64,000 nt of DNA, from positions 3,067-67,066 of the IMG/VR virus record IMGVR_UViG_3300033066_000493; one strand, written 5' to 3'. The position numbers were made by a program, and so were the translations under genes. Position 1 is the stretch's first letter. Every line of letters starts with the position of its first letter. Below, one piece after another: positions 47,693 to 58,822 of this stretch. The DNA is from a virus (lineage: Duplodnaviria > Caudoviricetes). Below the pieces are notes generated by a model, which worked only from the letters and a program-made list of their open reading frames with translations, was not told where the DNA came from and did no database searches.

Positions 47693-49537
47693 TTAACTTA
47701 TAATCCCACCAGGCATATTTATAAATACTGGGGAAAACTCGACTAGTACCGTTTTTGTTGGAGTAGAATTAAATTTAGGAACAAACTCTGTATATATTTC
47801 TAATTCTGGATAAATAATAAATGTTGGAGTATATGGTTTTTGTTCATAACCTATAGGATTACTACCATTGAATATAGGTGTAAACTCTACAGTTCTAATA
47901 TCTATTGGTCCAGTTATAAATACAGGTGTAAATTCTGAAACTATAACAATTGTTGGTGCATAAATAAATGTTGGACTATAAGATGGTTGCTCATAACCAA
48001 ATGGTCCAGTTACAAATATAGGTGTAAAATCTATAGTTTTTGTATCTGTTGGACCAGTTATAAATACAGGTGTAAATTCTGAAACTATAACACTTGTTGG
48101 TACATAAATAAATGTTGGACTATAAGATGGTTGTTTATATCCAACAGGCTCATCTATAAATACAGGTTCATAACTTATAATTTTTGTTTTTACAGGACCA
48201 GTTATAAATAAAGGAGAATATTCCACATATACAGTACTGGTAGGACTATATATAAATGTTGGAGAATGTATAACATCTCTTGTTTTAATAGGTCCAGTTA
48301 TAAAAATAGGTGAATATTCAGTACTGCCAGTACTGCCAGTACTATTTAAACCAAATGGTTGATATAAAAATGTTGGTGTGTATGTAATATCATGAACTTT
48401 TGATGGTTCGAGTCTAAATATTGGAACATAAGTTACACTCCTATCACCATCTGGATGATCTATAAATTCTGGAACATATGATAGAGCTTCCCATTTAAAA
48501 TCTAATGATACTGTTTTTTCTACTCTACATGTAACATCTGTATTGCTTACAACTTGTGGTTTAAATTTGAATCTATATCTATCAGGCGATAAACTATTTG
48601 GTAATGTATATTGTCTAACATAAATATTAGAAGAACCTGATATATTTCCAATTCTTGTATTATCTGCTGTTAAAATTTCTGTCGTCCAATCATAACTTAA
48701 ATCATTATTTATTGGACCAGTTGTATTATGGTGTCCAATGTATAAATTATAAATTATATTATAATCTGGATTAAAGGACCTCATATTGTTTACCATGAAG
48801 TTAAAAATAGCTTCGCCACTATTAACTTCTTTTGTCGTTAAACCATCTATATCAGCAAAAATTGATGGTGATGGGTAAGTTGTCAATATTTCAATAGGTG
48901 AAGTATTTCCACTAATATCAACACCATACGCACTTATATTATGTGTAGAACCATCTAACCAATTGACCGATATTGTTGAATTGCCTTGAGAATCTGTAGT
49001 GGAAGAATATGGACCATATATTAGAGTATTACCAGGCTGTACTCTTATTTTACCATTTACAACATTCCATATTATATTTTTTGCACCAATTGATTTAGCA
49101 TGATATGTGACATCAGTATCGACTGTATTATCTCCGACTTTTATACAAGCCCCGGTTGCTCCCCATATATCAGTATTTAAATTTACAATACTTTCACCAA
49201 CACTAACGTTTATACTTTCAATAGATATACAATTTAATCCAAAACAATCTTCAGCATCAGTTACAATTTCACACTTTAATTTAAATGGACTACCAGGAGT
49301 TGATGCTTCATTCCATTGAACTATGACAGTTGGAAATCCAGTACTAATACTTTTAAATTCAGCATTAACTCCTTCTGGCAATATCCAAGTATATTTCCAT
49401 AATGGATAAGGTTTAACAGGTTGACCATCAACATTATGTACTCTATAGCTTGCTGGTACACCTTTAACTGCTGTTACTTGTTTTATAACTGACATTACGT
49501 TTTTTATTTTTAACCAATTATTTCTAAATAAGGACAC
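47693..49537 (-). CDS. Fibre/structural protein with Ig/PKD-like N-terminus and Pro/Thr-rich ~16-aa repeats (likely start 49495)
   Basis: VQWN, ISVNW beta-sandwich-like motifs; 16 copies of (Y/F/H)xPxF in the C-terminal part. Confidence 0.65.
   Translation of the reverse strand: MSLFRNNWLKIKNVMSVIKQVTAVKGVPASYRVHNVDGQPVKPYPLWKYTWILPEGVNAEFKSISTGFPTVIVQWNEASTPGSPFKLKCEIVTDAEDCFGLNCISIESINVSVGESIVNLNTDIWGATGACIKVGDNTVDTDVTYHAKSIGAKNIIWNVVNGKIRVQPGNTLIYGPYSSTTDSQGNSTISVNWLDGSTHNISAYGVDISGNTSPIEILTTYPSPSIFADIDGLTTKEVNSGEAIFNFMVNNMRSFNPDYNIIYNLYIGHHNTTGPINNDLSYDWTTEILTADNTRIGNISGSSNIYVRQYTLPNSLSPDRYRFKFKPQVVSNTDVTCRVEKTVSLDFKWEALSYVPEFIDHPDGDRSVTYVPIFRLEPSKVHDITYTPTFLYQPFGLNSTGSTGSTEYSPIFITGPIKTRDVIHSPTFIYSPTSTVYVEYSPLFITGPVKTKIISYEPVFIDEPVGYKQPSYSPTFIYVPTSVIVSEFTPVFITGPTDTKTIDFTPIFVTGPFGYEQPSYSPTFIYAPTIVIVSEFTPVFITGPIDIRTVEFTPIFNGSNPIGYEQKPYTPTFIIYPELEIYTEFVPKFNSTPTKTVLVEFSPVFINMPGGIIS
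47720..48480 (-). repeat. Coding tandem repeat, ~16-aa unit with 48-aa (144-nt) super-period
   Basis: 39-bp exact repeat at 47910-47948 and 48054-48092. Confidence 0.8.
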
Positions 49538-50865
49538 AGATCATCTTGTTCAATTGTCAATTGAATGCATGAAGGATCTTCTGATAATTCAGTTCCCCAT
49601 ACTTGTCCTGATAACCAATAATCTTCTTCTAATCTAGAACTTATAAATGGTAACATTTCATTTTTTTTAAATTTTAAAGAAAGTAAAAATGTATTATTTA
49701 TACCAGAATCTATATCAGTTGGTGTTAATTTAAAATAACCATGATTAGTATATTCCAAATCATCTTCAAAACTTTCACTACCTAATATTGAGAATGGATA
49801 CCAACCAATAGTTCTTGCACCTAAAGAAGGTATATTAACTTTAAATTGTAAATTTTTAATAAAAAAATCATCAAATTCTTCTATTCTTCTAATTCCTATA
49901 TGGAAATCTACAATTATAAAACTATTTAATCTTTTAAATCTAATTTCAGAATTTTCATCTTTGTATATCTGATGATTTGTTTCTCTGGCTTCATCAGAAT
50001 CATTTATAAAATATCTAGCATAAACTATATTTATATCATCGTTACTTATAACTTCCCAAGTTTCTCCATTACTTAATGTATCTTCCCATACACCAATATA
50101 ACCTGTTCTATCTGGAATAGTTCTTGAATTATTTTTAGTTAATGTTTTTTGTTCAAGAGTTCCTATAAATTCTGTACCATTACCAGCATCAATTTGTAAA
50201 ATTTGTTTATCAGTATCTCTTGTTATATTTATTTTATCAGATAAAAGATCTATATTATGTTTATGGTTTATAATATTATTATTTTTTTGACCTTGTATTT
50301 TTAAAGTTTCAGAATTACCTAAAATATTTAAATCAAAAGTAAAACCAGATTTACATAAATATTCATCATCTAATGTTATGGCTTTAGAATTTAATAAATG
50401 TATATGTTTACCATTATACTCATTATCTGAATTATAAATTTTCATTTTATAATCAGAAAAGGTATTAGATACTATTGGTGATGTATAACCTTCATCATAT
50501 ATTTGTTTTATTGTAAAGATGCCATCTAATTCTGATAGATTACTGAGTAGAAATGTTTTATTGATATGTTTATTTATAATAACATCATCACTTCCATAAT
50601 TTTCTAATAAATTACAGCCCAATGATATTCTACTAGACCATTCATCTAAAACATTTTCACCATCTTTACCAGGTGGTCCTGATTGACCTCGTGCACCAGG
50701 TACACCCATAGGACCCATAGGTCCCATTGGACCACCACCATTATTTATAATTTCTAAAAAATTAAAATTTAATTTATGTATCATTTGACCAATAGTATCT
50801 GTTGGTTCAACTGTATATAAATTTAATGATTCTTTATCTTTTAATCTTATTCTTGAATTTGGCAT
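49510..50865 (-). CDS. Tail fibre/baseplate protein with short collagen-like segment
   Basis: KLNFNF...GGGPMGPMGPMGVPGARGQSGPPGKDG. Confidence 0.6.
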   Translation of the reverse strand: MPNSRIRLKDKESLNLYTVEPTDTIGQMIHKLNFNFLEIINNGGGPMGPMGPMGVPGARGQSGPPGKDGENVLDEWSSRISLGCNLLENYGSDDVIINKHINKTFLLSNLSELDGIFTIKQIYDEGYTSPIVSNTFSDYKMKIYNSDNEYNGKHIHLLNSKAITLDDEYLCKSGFTFDLNILGNSETLKIQGQKNNNIINHKHNIDLLSDKINITRDTDKQILQIDAGNGTEFIGTLEQKTLTKNNSRTIPDRTGYIGVWEDTLSNGETWEVISNDDINIVYARYFINDSDEARETNHQIYKDENSEIRFKRLNSFIIVDFHIGIRRIEEFDDFFIKNLQFKVNIPSLGARTIGWYPFSILGSESFEDDLEYTNHGYFKLTPTDIDSGINNTFLLSLKFKKNEMLPFISSRLEEDYWLSGQVWGTELSEDPSCIQLTIEQDDLCPYLEIIG

Positions 50866-50898
50866 TTAATGTTTATCTTTTGTGTGTTCTATATATTA

Positions 50899-53355
50899 TT
50901 AGAAAATTTCAACATCTAAAATATTCAATTTCATAATCTCTGGTTTATATTTATAACTTATAGAAATCATATTATTATTATCTTTAATAATATCATCATT
51001 TTTATCTTTAATTTGATATACAATATATTTATCTATATTATTATATGTTATTTTATTATTATTTATAAAATATTCATCTAAATAATTAGAATGATATATT
51101 ACTTGATTATCGATATAATTTTTTTCAAATCCTATTTTACCATTTTTAGTTTTTACTAATTCTGTACCATTTAAATTTAATTTTTCTGATACTGGTATAT
51201 AAAATCTAGATTTATTGTTTAAATTATTTGTATATCCAAATAAAACTGTTTTACCTCTATTTCTTAAAAATATAAGTCTATTATTATAATCAAATAATTT
51301 AGTACCTGTGGCTTCTATATCATTTATAATTAAATGATTTGCAGGAGTATTACTATTTGCAAAATTATAAACAAATTCATAATTAGCAAAGCTATTTGAT
51401 TCATATTTAGATCTAAATATTATAGTATCATTAATAATACTAACGTATAATAAAAAATCATCAAATAAATCAAAAGATTTTACTATATTATTAGTAACAG
51501 TTTGTATTGAACCTCTAGGATCAAAAAATGTATATTTATATGATTTTTCTTTATATTCTATAAGTATATAATCCCATGATTTCCAGTCTTTAAAATAATT
51601 ACCATTATTATCAATAATAGTTATTATATTTTCATCTGTATCATAATTGTATGATATTCTTTCTATTTTATATTCTTTATTAGTAAATGACTTTGTAGAA
51701 ACTGATATATAATCACCTTCATATAAGTTTAAACGTCTATTACAATTTATACTTAATAATTTTGTTTTATTGTGGTTCTCTATTGTAAAATATTGAGTAT
51801 TTAATTTTATTTTTCTACCATTATATTGATATGTAGAATTATAACAACACGTATCATCATTAGCTATTATTCTCCATTCATATTCACTATTTGAAGATAA
51901 TGGTTTAATTGAAAAATAATCACCATTTTCAAAAATAGTAGATTTAGTTCTTGTTTTTTGAAGTTTTATTTTTAAATTACTATAACCTTTTGTTTCTAGT
52001 ATTGTACCATTAATACTATAGCCTTTTTTAATTTGTGAACCTATAAAATTTGAAAAATCTAAAGTTTTTGATGATAATGAGATTTCTTTAATAGAAGAAT
52101 ACATATTAACATCTGAATATATGCTTACTATTGGATGTAATATATCTATTTTATCCTTTATTGTTAAAATTTGAAATGGTCCGGTTGGTCCAGTTGGTCC
52201 AGTAATACCTGTTGGATTTAATGGTCCGGTTGGTTCTAGTAATGAAAAAATACCTGTTGGTCCAGTTGGATTATAAATACCTGTTGGTCCAGTTATTTCA
52301 TCTATAAATATTGTACCATATGAGAATTCCTTTAGTTGATTATCTATATCATTAATATAAAGTTTGACACCATTTATATCATTTATTATATAAGATTCAT
52401 CGGATACATTTTCATAATTACCATCTTGTATTTTATATTTTAAAAATTCATTGTGCTTGGTTATATCTATATTTAGATTATATAAATCTTCAATATTTAA
52501 ATACACACCATAATATACTGAAGGATCATCATCAATATTATTTATATCATCAAAAACATATTCAAAATTGAATAAATTGCTAGATATTAATTTATTTTTA
52601 AAATAATTTCTAACTTTTATAATATTTAATGTATTATTTTTTATATCATCAGATAATAAATATTTTCTAGAAAAATGACCTTCGAATGGATCTATACCAT
52701 ATATCCAACCACCACCAACACTTGATGAGAAATCCTTTTCGATTAATGATCTTGATATAGAATCTTTAAAATTATTAAAAAATTTACCAATATTACCAGT
52801 TCGTATATTTGTATAATACACACATTCAGAATTTTTAATTTGCTCTGAAAAATTTAAAGAATGAAAATCATAATATTGATTATCAAATTTATAATTAGGC
52901 ATTTTAAATATTGCAAATATATCAGGTAATTCATTTATTGCTCCATCAATATTTTGTTGTATATGTAATGGTGCGAAATAACTAAACTTATTATTAAAAC
53001 CATCCAATATAGGTGGATTATATGTGTTAATTAGATTATTATATGATGTGTTTAATTTTGGACCAGTAGTATAAATACTTACATCTTCATTAAGACTCCA
53101 TATAGAATCTCTTAATTGTAGAGTACTATTTCTAAAATATCCATATAATATAGAATTCCATGTACTATTTAAATTTATATTATATTTTTTAAAACATGAC
53201 GCATTAATATCATTATTTGCATTTATACTTTGCAAATATAATTTGCCATCCAAATCTATAATAATTTTTAAATTACCGGTTAGTTCAGGATATATTATAG
53301 ATGGTATAAATGTTTTATTATAATCACCTAAATTTAATGAATATGAAAATGCCAT
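50899..53355 (-). CDS. Large virion structural (baseplate-region) protein with GPTG repeats
   Basis: 818 aa; [14 protein letters not shown]...[12 protein letters not shown] insert. Confidence 0.55.
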   Translation of the reverse strand: MAFSYSLNLGDYNKTFIPSIIYPELTGNLKIIIDLDGKLYLQSINANNDINASCFKKYNINLNSTWNSILYGYFRNSTLQLRDSIWSLNEDVSIYTTGPKLNTSYNNLINTYNPPILDGFNNKFSYFAPLHIQQNIDGAINELPDIFAIFKMPNYKFDNQYYDFHSLNFSEQIKNSECVYYTNIRTGNIGKFFNNFKDSISRSLIEKDFSSSVGGGWIYGIDPFEGHFSRKYLLSDDIKNNTLNIIKVRNYFKNKLISSNLFNFEYVFDDINNIDDDPSVYYGVYLNIEDLYNLNIDITKHNEFLKYKIQDGNYENVSDESYIINDINGVKLYINDIDNQLKEFSYGTIFIDEITGPTGIYNPTGPTGIFSLLEPTGPLNPTGITGPTGPTGPFQILTIKDKIDILHPIVSIYSDVNMYSSIKEISLSSKTLDFSNFIGSQIKKGYSINGTILETKGYSNLKIKLQKTRTKSTIFENGDYFSIKPLSSNSEYEWRIIANDDTCCYNSTYQYNGRKIKLNTQYFTIENHNKTKLLSINCNRRLNLYEGDYISVSTKSFTNKEYKIERISYNYDTDENIITIIDNNGNYFKDWKSWDYILIEYKEKSYKYTFFDPRGSIQTVTNNIVKSFDLFDDFLLYVSIINDTIIFRSKYESNSFANYEFVYNFANSNTPANHLIINDIEATGTKLFDYNNRLIFLRNRGKTVLFGYTNNLNNKSRFYIPVSEKLNLNGTELVKTKNGKIGFEKNYIDNQVIYHSNYLDEYFINNNKITYNNIDKYIVYQIKDKNDDIIKDNNNMISISYKYKPEIMKLNILDVEIF

Positions 53356-53368
53356 TCATAATTTTTTT

Positions 53369-55711
53369 TTAAAATATGTAAATAACATTATTGAATGTTA
53401 TTTTATCACCACCAACCAGCTTATTTTCCCATTCATAATGTTGCCATACTAATCTACCATCTGCTAATACTTCATAATCAATAGCTCTTACACCTCTAAG
53501 ACCACCATTAACATATACGCTAAATGCATCTGGACCAGCCCAATCTGTTTTTAAAATATTAGCTAATGTTATATAACCATTAGATATATCAGTATCAGTT
53601 AATGTGTATGTAACAGTACTTCCTTCCGAGGCATGATTTAATGAACTTATGATATCAATCTTATCAGTTAAATACTTTAATTGTTTCATGATAACATCTA
53701 TATCATCATTTCTTCTATCTATTTCATAATAATATTTTAATTTAGTATCTATTGATTCATCTAATTCTAATTGTGGTTTAATATCATTTGGAACTTCTAT
53801 AATTATAGGTGAACTCCAATCAGAACATACTTCATTATTTAATGATTGAATACATGATTGTACTTCTATTTGTACCTTTTCACCAGAAAATACATCTATT
53901 GGTATACCTTGAGGTAATTGATTAATAGATCTATTATTTGGATCAGATAAATCAAAATTTTCTTGTATTATATTACCATTAGAATCTATATAATTTTTTC
54001 TTTTATGAGTTTCATATAAATTAAATATTGGTATCTGTAGTGTTGTAGTGTTACCAGATGATGTTGTAAATGTTTTTAAAGGTATAACATTAGTTTCACC
54101 AGATGCATTTAAATATGTAGCTTTAATTTTAAAATGGGTTGGATATTGCTCGATATTATCACTTGTTATTCTAGGTTCTGGTATATCCCATGCACCATCA
54201 ATAGCAAATTTATGTTTTATAGCAACACCCTTATTTATTTTATCCATTTCTATTTGAAAATCTTTCTTAATGCTTAAAATAAGATCCATATTTTTAATCT
54301 TATCTTCCATTATAGAATTCATTGTTGATACTATACTGGCTCTCTCTTCATCTGTTAATTCTGTATTAGTTTGTAAAATTTTATCGTAAGTATTATAATT
54401 TTCATTATAAGTTATATTTGCTTGCTCTAATAAATCTCGTCTTTGTATTAATATAGCTCTACGCTTAAAATCATCATTAGCTATTGTTTGTCCATTTATA
54501 AGATTAATAAAAAAATTATCTTTATTTAAAGTAGGTGTATTTGGTTTTAATATAGAGGTTATCGGTAATATTTTTTCATCTTTAATACCATTAAATAGTT
54601 TAGAATAATCATTCACTTGTTTAGTATAATATTCTTCTAATAATATATCACCAGAATCCGTTTTAATACTTAAATCAGATGACCAAAATCCAACACCTTC
54701 ACTCCATTTTTGAGTAGTTATATGATCATATGCATCTATAGATTTTAAAAATATAATTTGTTTTTCATTAGAACCTATAGTTACATGAAAAAATTTATCA
54801 CCATATAGTTTAGATGATATTCTAAGTGCATCTTCCTTTTGTTCTATTAAATCATAACCATATAATAATCCTAAATCTACAGTTTTTGCATCTTGATCTA
54901 CAGATATAACTTTATAATGTGTTTCACCATTTGTAGTTATTAAAGTTTCGCCATCTTTACCACCCTTTAAAATCTTTTTTACAATATTACCATTTTCTAA
55001 ATTTTCATTATATTCTAAACTATCTAATGTATAACGTCTTACAGATGAATATAATGGATCCTTTATAATTTCCGAACCTATTTTTGTTACTGTAAAACTA
55101 CCACTATATTGCAATATAATTGGTGGTAAATTTAGTATTTCATCATCCAAAGTATAACTAATACCTTGAGTTTTAAGAAGTTCTAATAGACTGAAATATT
55201 CTAAATCGTTTTTTTTATTTATATTGGATTCAAAATATTGTTGTTTAGAATCTGTATCTATATTTAAAATGATACGTCTACTTAAAATTTGTTTAGAATT
55301 TTCTGTTACTAAATCATTTATAGGTATTTTAATGTATAATAATGGATTTAATAAATTTTCAAAAAAATAATTAGGTTTAGAATAAAAATAATTAGGTACA
55401 TTTATACCTGTTATATGATTAGGTTCATGTACTAATTCATTTCCAAATATATTCTTATAATTATCTTTATCACGTATAAGATAAATTTTTCGAAGTTGTT
55501 TATCTATTTCATTTATTCTTCTATCTAAATTATTAAATGATGGTATTTTATAATCAAAAAATGCACCTTCCGAATTTTGTAATTGTATAGTTACAGAATC
55601 ATCAGAAGATACCATTGCTTGATTTAATTTCAATAAAATTTGTGTGGCATATTTATTTAATTTTATCAAATATGCTAAAGTTTCACCAATACTATTATAT
55701 CTATCGCTCAT
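53369..55711 (-). CDS. Large virion structural protein with coiled coil
   Basis: 780 aa in structural block; central coiled coil, C-terminal VYVNG domain. Confidence 0.5.
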   Translation of the reverse strand: MSDRYNSIGETLAYLIKLNKYATQILLKLNQAMVSSDDSVTIQLQNSEGAFFDYKIPSFNNLDRRINEIDKQLRKIYLIRDKDNYKNIFGNELVHEPNHITGINVPNYFYSKPNYFFENLLNPLLYIKIPINDLVTENSKQILSRRIILNIDTDSKQQYFESNINKKNDLEYFSLLELLKTQGISYTLDDEILNLPPIILQYSGSFTVTKIGSEIIKDPLYSSVRRYTLDSLEYNENLENGNIVKKILKGGKDGETLITTNGETHYKVISVDQDAKTVDLGLLYGYDLIEQKEDALRISSKLYGDKFFHVTIGSNEKQIIFLKSIDAYDHITTQKWSEGVGFWSSDLSIKTDSGDILLEEYYTKQVNDYSKLFNGIKDEKILPITSILKPNTPTLNKDNFFINLINGQTIANDDFKRRAILIQRRDLLEQANITYNENYNTYDKILQTNTELTDEERASIVSTMNSIMEDKIKNMDLILSIKKDFQIEMDKINKGVAIKHKFAIDGAWDIPEPRITSDNIEQYPTHFKIKATYLNASGETNVIPLKTFTTSSGNTTTLQIPIFNLYETHKRKNYIDSNGNIIQENFDLSDPNNRSINQLPQGIPIDVFSGEKVQIEVQSCIQSLNNEVCSDWSSPIIIEVPNDIKPQLELDESIDTKLKYYYEIDRRNDDIDVIMKQLKYLTDKIDIISSLNHASEGSTVTYTLTDTDISNGYITLANILKTDWAGPDAFSVYVNGGLRGVRAIDYEVLADGRLVWQHYEWENKLVGGDKITFNNVIYIF

Positions 55712-55722
55712 TGTTTATTATT

Positions 55723-57972
55723 TTAATTTAAATAGTCGATTATAAAATCCATTTTAACATCATCAACACAGATTATTTCTATTATTGGTCTGTTATTATG
55801 CTGACTAAATTCAAAACTAGTTATAGTAGAAATTCCTTTCCATGCAGGTAGATTTTTACCAGTATAAATATAAAAATTAAAACTACCATACTGATTTTTC
55901 ATCAAATATTCTTGTTTTGGATAAATTCTAAAAGTTTGACCTTTTGTCCAACGTACATTATCATCTATAATGTATAATGATATATTTTTATTAGGTAACC
56001 ATAAAATTGGTTCTTCCAATCTTAGATAATTAACACCAGTTCTTAATTTAATTTGACAAGAATAATCTTTTTCATTGACTATAAAATCATTTTTTACAGA
56101 ATATATGTATTTATCAGCTAAATTAAAATTTTTACTAGTTGTTGATATTTTAATACTTTTACCATCACTTTTATCTAAATTTATACCATCACCAGTTTTC
56201 AATAAATCAATATCTATAGCTAATTTAGATGGTACTTTACCATTTATAATATCTTGTAATAAATCATAATTAGTTTTTATAGAATTTAAAATATCAGTTC
56301 TCTGTGTTGCCAATTCTATATTTTTTTCATTTATTAAAGTATCTTCTATTGATTTTAATTTAACTTGTAATTCTGTTAATGAAATATATTTATCATTTAA
56401 AATGTATTTTTCTAAAGTATTTAATCTACTATTTAATAATGCATTATCATATGCCATATTTTGAATTTGAATTACCGTATTCTTCATTTCATTCAATGCT
56501 TCTGCATATATGTCCATTGATAATGTATTGCTAGTACTTATAAATGTTTCAACATTTACACCACTATTTATAGGACTAGTATCAAGTTTTAAGTTTAATT
56601 TAAATCCATACGCATTACCATTTAAATTAGTTGTAGAATTAGGTTTAGATTTTTTAAATCTAGGTATATAACCACCATCTATAGATGGTGAATTTTCTAC
56701 ATTATCTAAAAATAAAATACCAAATAAATTGGTTGATAATATTTCAAATGGAGTAAAAAATGGTACAGTATTATCTTCTAAAAAGTAACCTATATCATCA
56801 ACTGTACCTTTGTATAAATCATAATAAATTAATACAGCATTAAATTCAAAATCTTTTGAATTTGGTAATCTAGCAACATCAATTAAACTATCAATACCAT
56901 AATCATTAGTATTATAAATTACTTCATCGAAATCAATTTCTATACCGTCGAGCCTGCTTCGTTTAAATCTTGTAGCTTGAATATTTGGACTAACAGCACT
57001 TCTTTCATGTATAGCTAAGTTATCATTAGTTGGATCGTCAAACCTTAACGGTTCAGTATAATAACAATTAGAATCAGTTGTCGAATAAAACCACCAAGAA
57101 TCTTTATCATAATCTATATCACATAAATTATCGCCATCACATAATGTTAATTCGGAATCTTTTTTACCAACTTTTTGTTTATATAATCTTGTTCCACTTA
57201 ATGCATTATCAGATTCTTGTAAACCTGTATCATTATCAAAAAATGCATGTATATCTAAACCAGCTGGATGTATATCATTATAATGTCTACCGTATAAAAA
57301 TTCATCATCTAAACCTTGATTATATCTACACATTGCCATACCAGGATAATAATTATCATCACTAGTAGTTTTAAAGTAAACTTTATCAAAATTACCAACT
57401 TCTGTTGGAACATGAACATACACTTCAGAATATGAATTATCTTTACCAGAATAATTGTTTACAAAATCTATATTACCAATATACTGTACAACTTTTTTAT
57501 ACTTTTCAGTTTCTTTTTCTTCAATATAACGAGTACTCAAAGCAGATTGTGGAGTATCTTCCTGAAATCTTATAGCTGATATTTCTTTTAGCCATTTAAA
57601 AAAAACTCTTTCTGATACAGTTTTACTATTAGTATTATTATAACTATCTTTTGATATAATAGATGTTTCTAGGTTTAGACAATAGTTTTGGAAGGATTCT
57701 GCTAAGTGGTTATTCCAATCAGTAGTTCTATTGAAATTAACAGAATTGTATGCACCAGGAATAGCATTTAACTTTACAGTATTTGCTAATGGTTCATTTT
57801 GAATATCTGGAATATTAATAAGCGCAAATTTCGAAAATTTAAATTTGCGCTCACTATTTTCATTAAATGATAATGATAAATCTTCAGAAGCGGAACTAAA
57901 CGTATAGAAAGTTCCGCCTGCTAAATTTATTGGACGAATAAATGGAGTTACTCTACTAATTTTATTAGACAT
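55723..57972 (-). CDS. Large virion structural protein
   Basis: 749 aa; GGTFYTFSSASED, ERVFFKWLKE, EFNAVLIYYD, NLFGILFLD motifs; coiled coil. Confidence 0.55.
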   Translation of the reverse strand: MSNKISRVTPFIRPINLAGGTFYTFSSASEDLSLSFNENSERKFKFSKFALINIPDIQNEPLANTVKLNAIPGAYNSVNFNRTTDWNNHLAESFQNYCLNLETSIISKDSYNNTNSKTVSERVFFKWLKEISAIRFQEDTPQSALSTRYIEEKETEKYKKVVQYIGNIDFVNNYSGKDNSYSEVYVHVPTEVGNFDKVYFKTTSDDNYYPGMAMCRYNQGLDDEFLYGRHYNDIHPAGLDIHAFFDNDTGLQESDNALSGTRLYKQKVGKKDSELTLCDGDNLCDIDYDKDSWWFYSTTDSNCYYTEPLRFDDPTNDNLAIHERSAVSPNIQATRFKRSRLDGIEIDFDEVIYNTNDYGIDSLIDVARLPNSKDFEFNAVLIYYDLYKGTVDDIGYFLEDNTVPFFTPFEILSTNLFGILFLDNVENSPSIDGGYIPRFKKSKPNSTTNLNGNAYGFKLNLKLDTSPINSGVNVETFISTSNTLSMDIYAEALNEMKNTVIQIQNMAYDNALLNSRLNTLEKYILNDKYISLTELQVKLKSIEDTLINEKNIELATQRTDILNSIKTNYDLLQDIINGKVPSKLAIDIDLLKTGDGINLDKSDGKSIKISTTSKNFNLADKYIYSVKNDFIVNEKDYSCQIKLRTGVNYLRLEEPILWLPNKNISLYIIDDNVRWTKGQTFRIYPKQEYLMKNQYGSFNFYIYTGKNLPAWKGISTITSFEFSQHNNRPIIEIICVDDVKMDFIIDYLN

Positions 57973-57992
57973 TATTTTCTTTTATTTTCTTT

Positions 57993-58814
57993 TTATGATA
58001 TTGTTGCTCCATTAACGTTTAAAATAAGCCAATTCAAGCCGTCAAAAATAAGCTCTGCGGTTTGATAACTTGCCGTAAATTTAATACCTGTACTTATAGG
58101 GTTACCATCACTATACGCAAGCGTATCTCTTAGAACCCAATAACCACTTTGCTCTGAACTATAATGTGGTAAAGTTAAATCTTCATTTATTTTAGCAATT
58201 ATTAAAATTCTTTGTCCTACTCTTGTAGTTGGTAAAGTTTTTAATAAAATTCTGTGTAAATAATATTGACTATCATTTGTTGCTACAAAATTTGACCATG
58301 ATAGAGTTATAACACTTCTACCAGTTAAATCTACTTTACCAGCAATAGCAGTATTACCATTATAAATTAAATTTGTAGTATTTGTATTTGAAAAATATAA
58401 TTCATTAGATGCATCAACAGATGCAGAAGTAGCATCTGTTTGTACAAATTCTCCATCTAATAATAAATTACCATTATTTATTAAATTTGATGAACTTGAT
58501 GATATTGTTATATCACCATTACTAATAGTTTGACCATTAGTTAATGTTATTGAAGTTGCAGAAATAGCACCACTAGCTACAATATTACCACCAACCGAAA
58601 TACTACCATTAGTATCGAATAAAGTTTCAGTTATATTGGAAGTACCTCGCTTTACTGTTAATTTCTCTATATTAGAGATAGTTTTATCTGAAATATTAAC
58701 GTATGTTGATAGATTATTTATTGCATCTGATAATACAGAAAAATTTTGGTTTAGAATTATCCTACTTCCAGCGACCGTGTCGAATCCCTTTATCTCTGTT
58801 ATTGATATAGACAT
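57993..58814 (-). CDS. Virion structural protein (fibre-like)
   Basis: SRIILNQNF N-terminal motif, Gly/Ser/Thr-rich beta repeats, C-terminal ELIFDGLNW. Confidence 0.55.
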   Translation of the reverse strand: MSISITEIKGFDTVAGSRIILNQNFSVLSDAINNLSTYVNISDKTISNIEKLTVKRGTSNITETLFDTNGSISVGGNIVASGAISATSITLTNGQTISNGDITISSSSSNLINNGNLLLDGEFVQTDATSASVDASNELYFSNTNTTNLIYNGNTAIAGKVDLTGRSVITLSWSNFVATNDSQYYLHRILLKTLPTTRVGQRILIIAKINEDLTLPHYSSEQSGYWVLRDTLAYSDGNPISTGIKFTASYQTAELIFDGLNWLILNVNGATIS

Positions 58815-58822
58815 TACATTTT

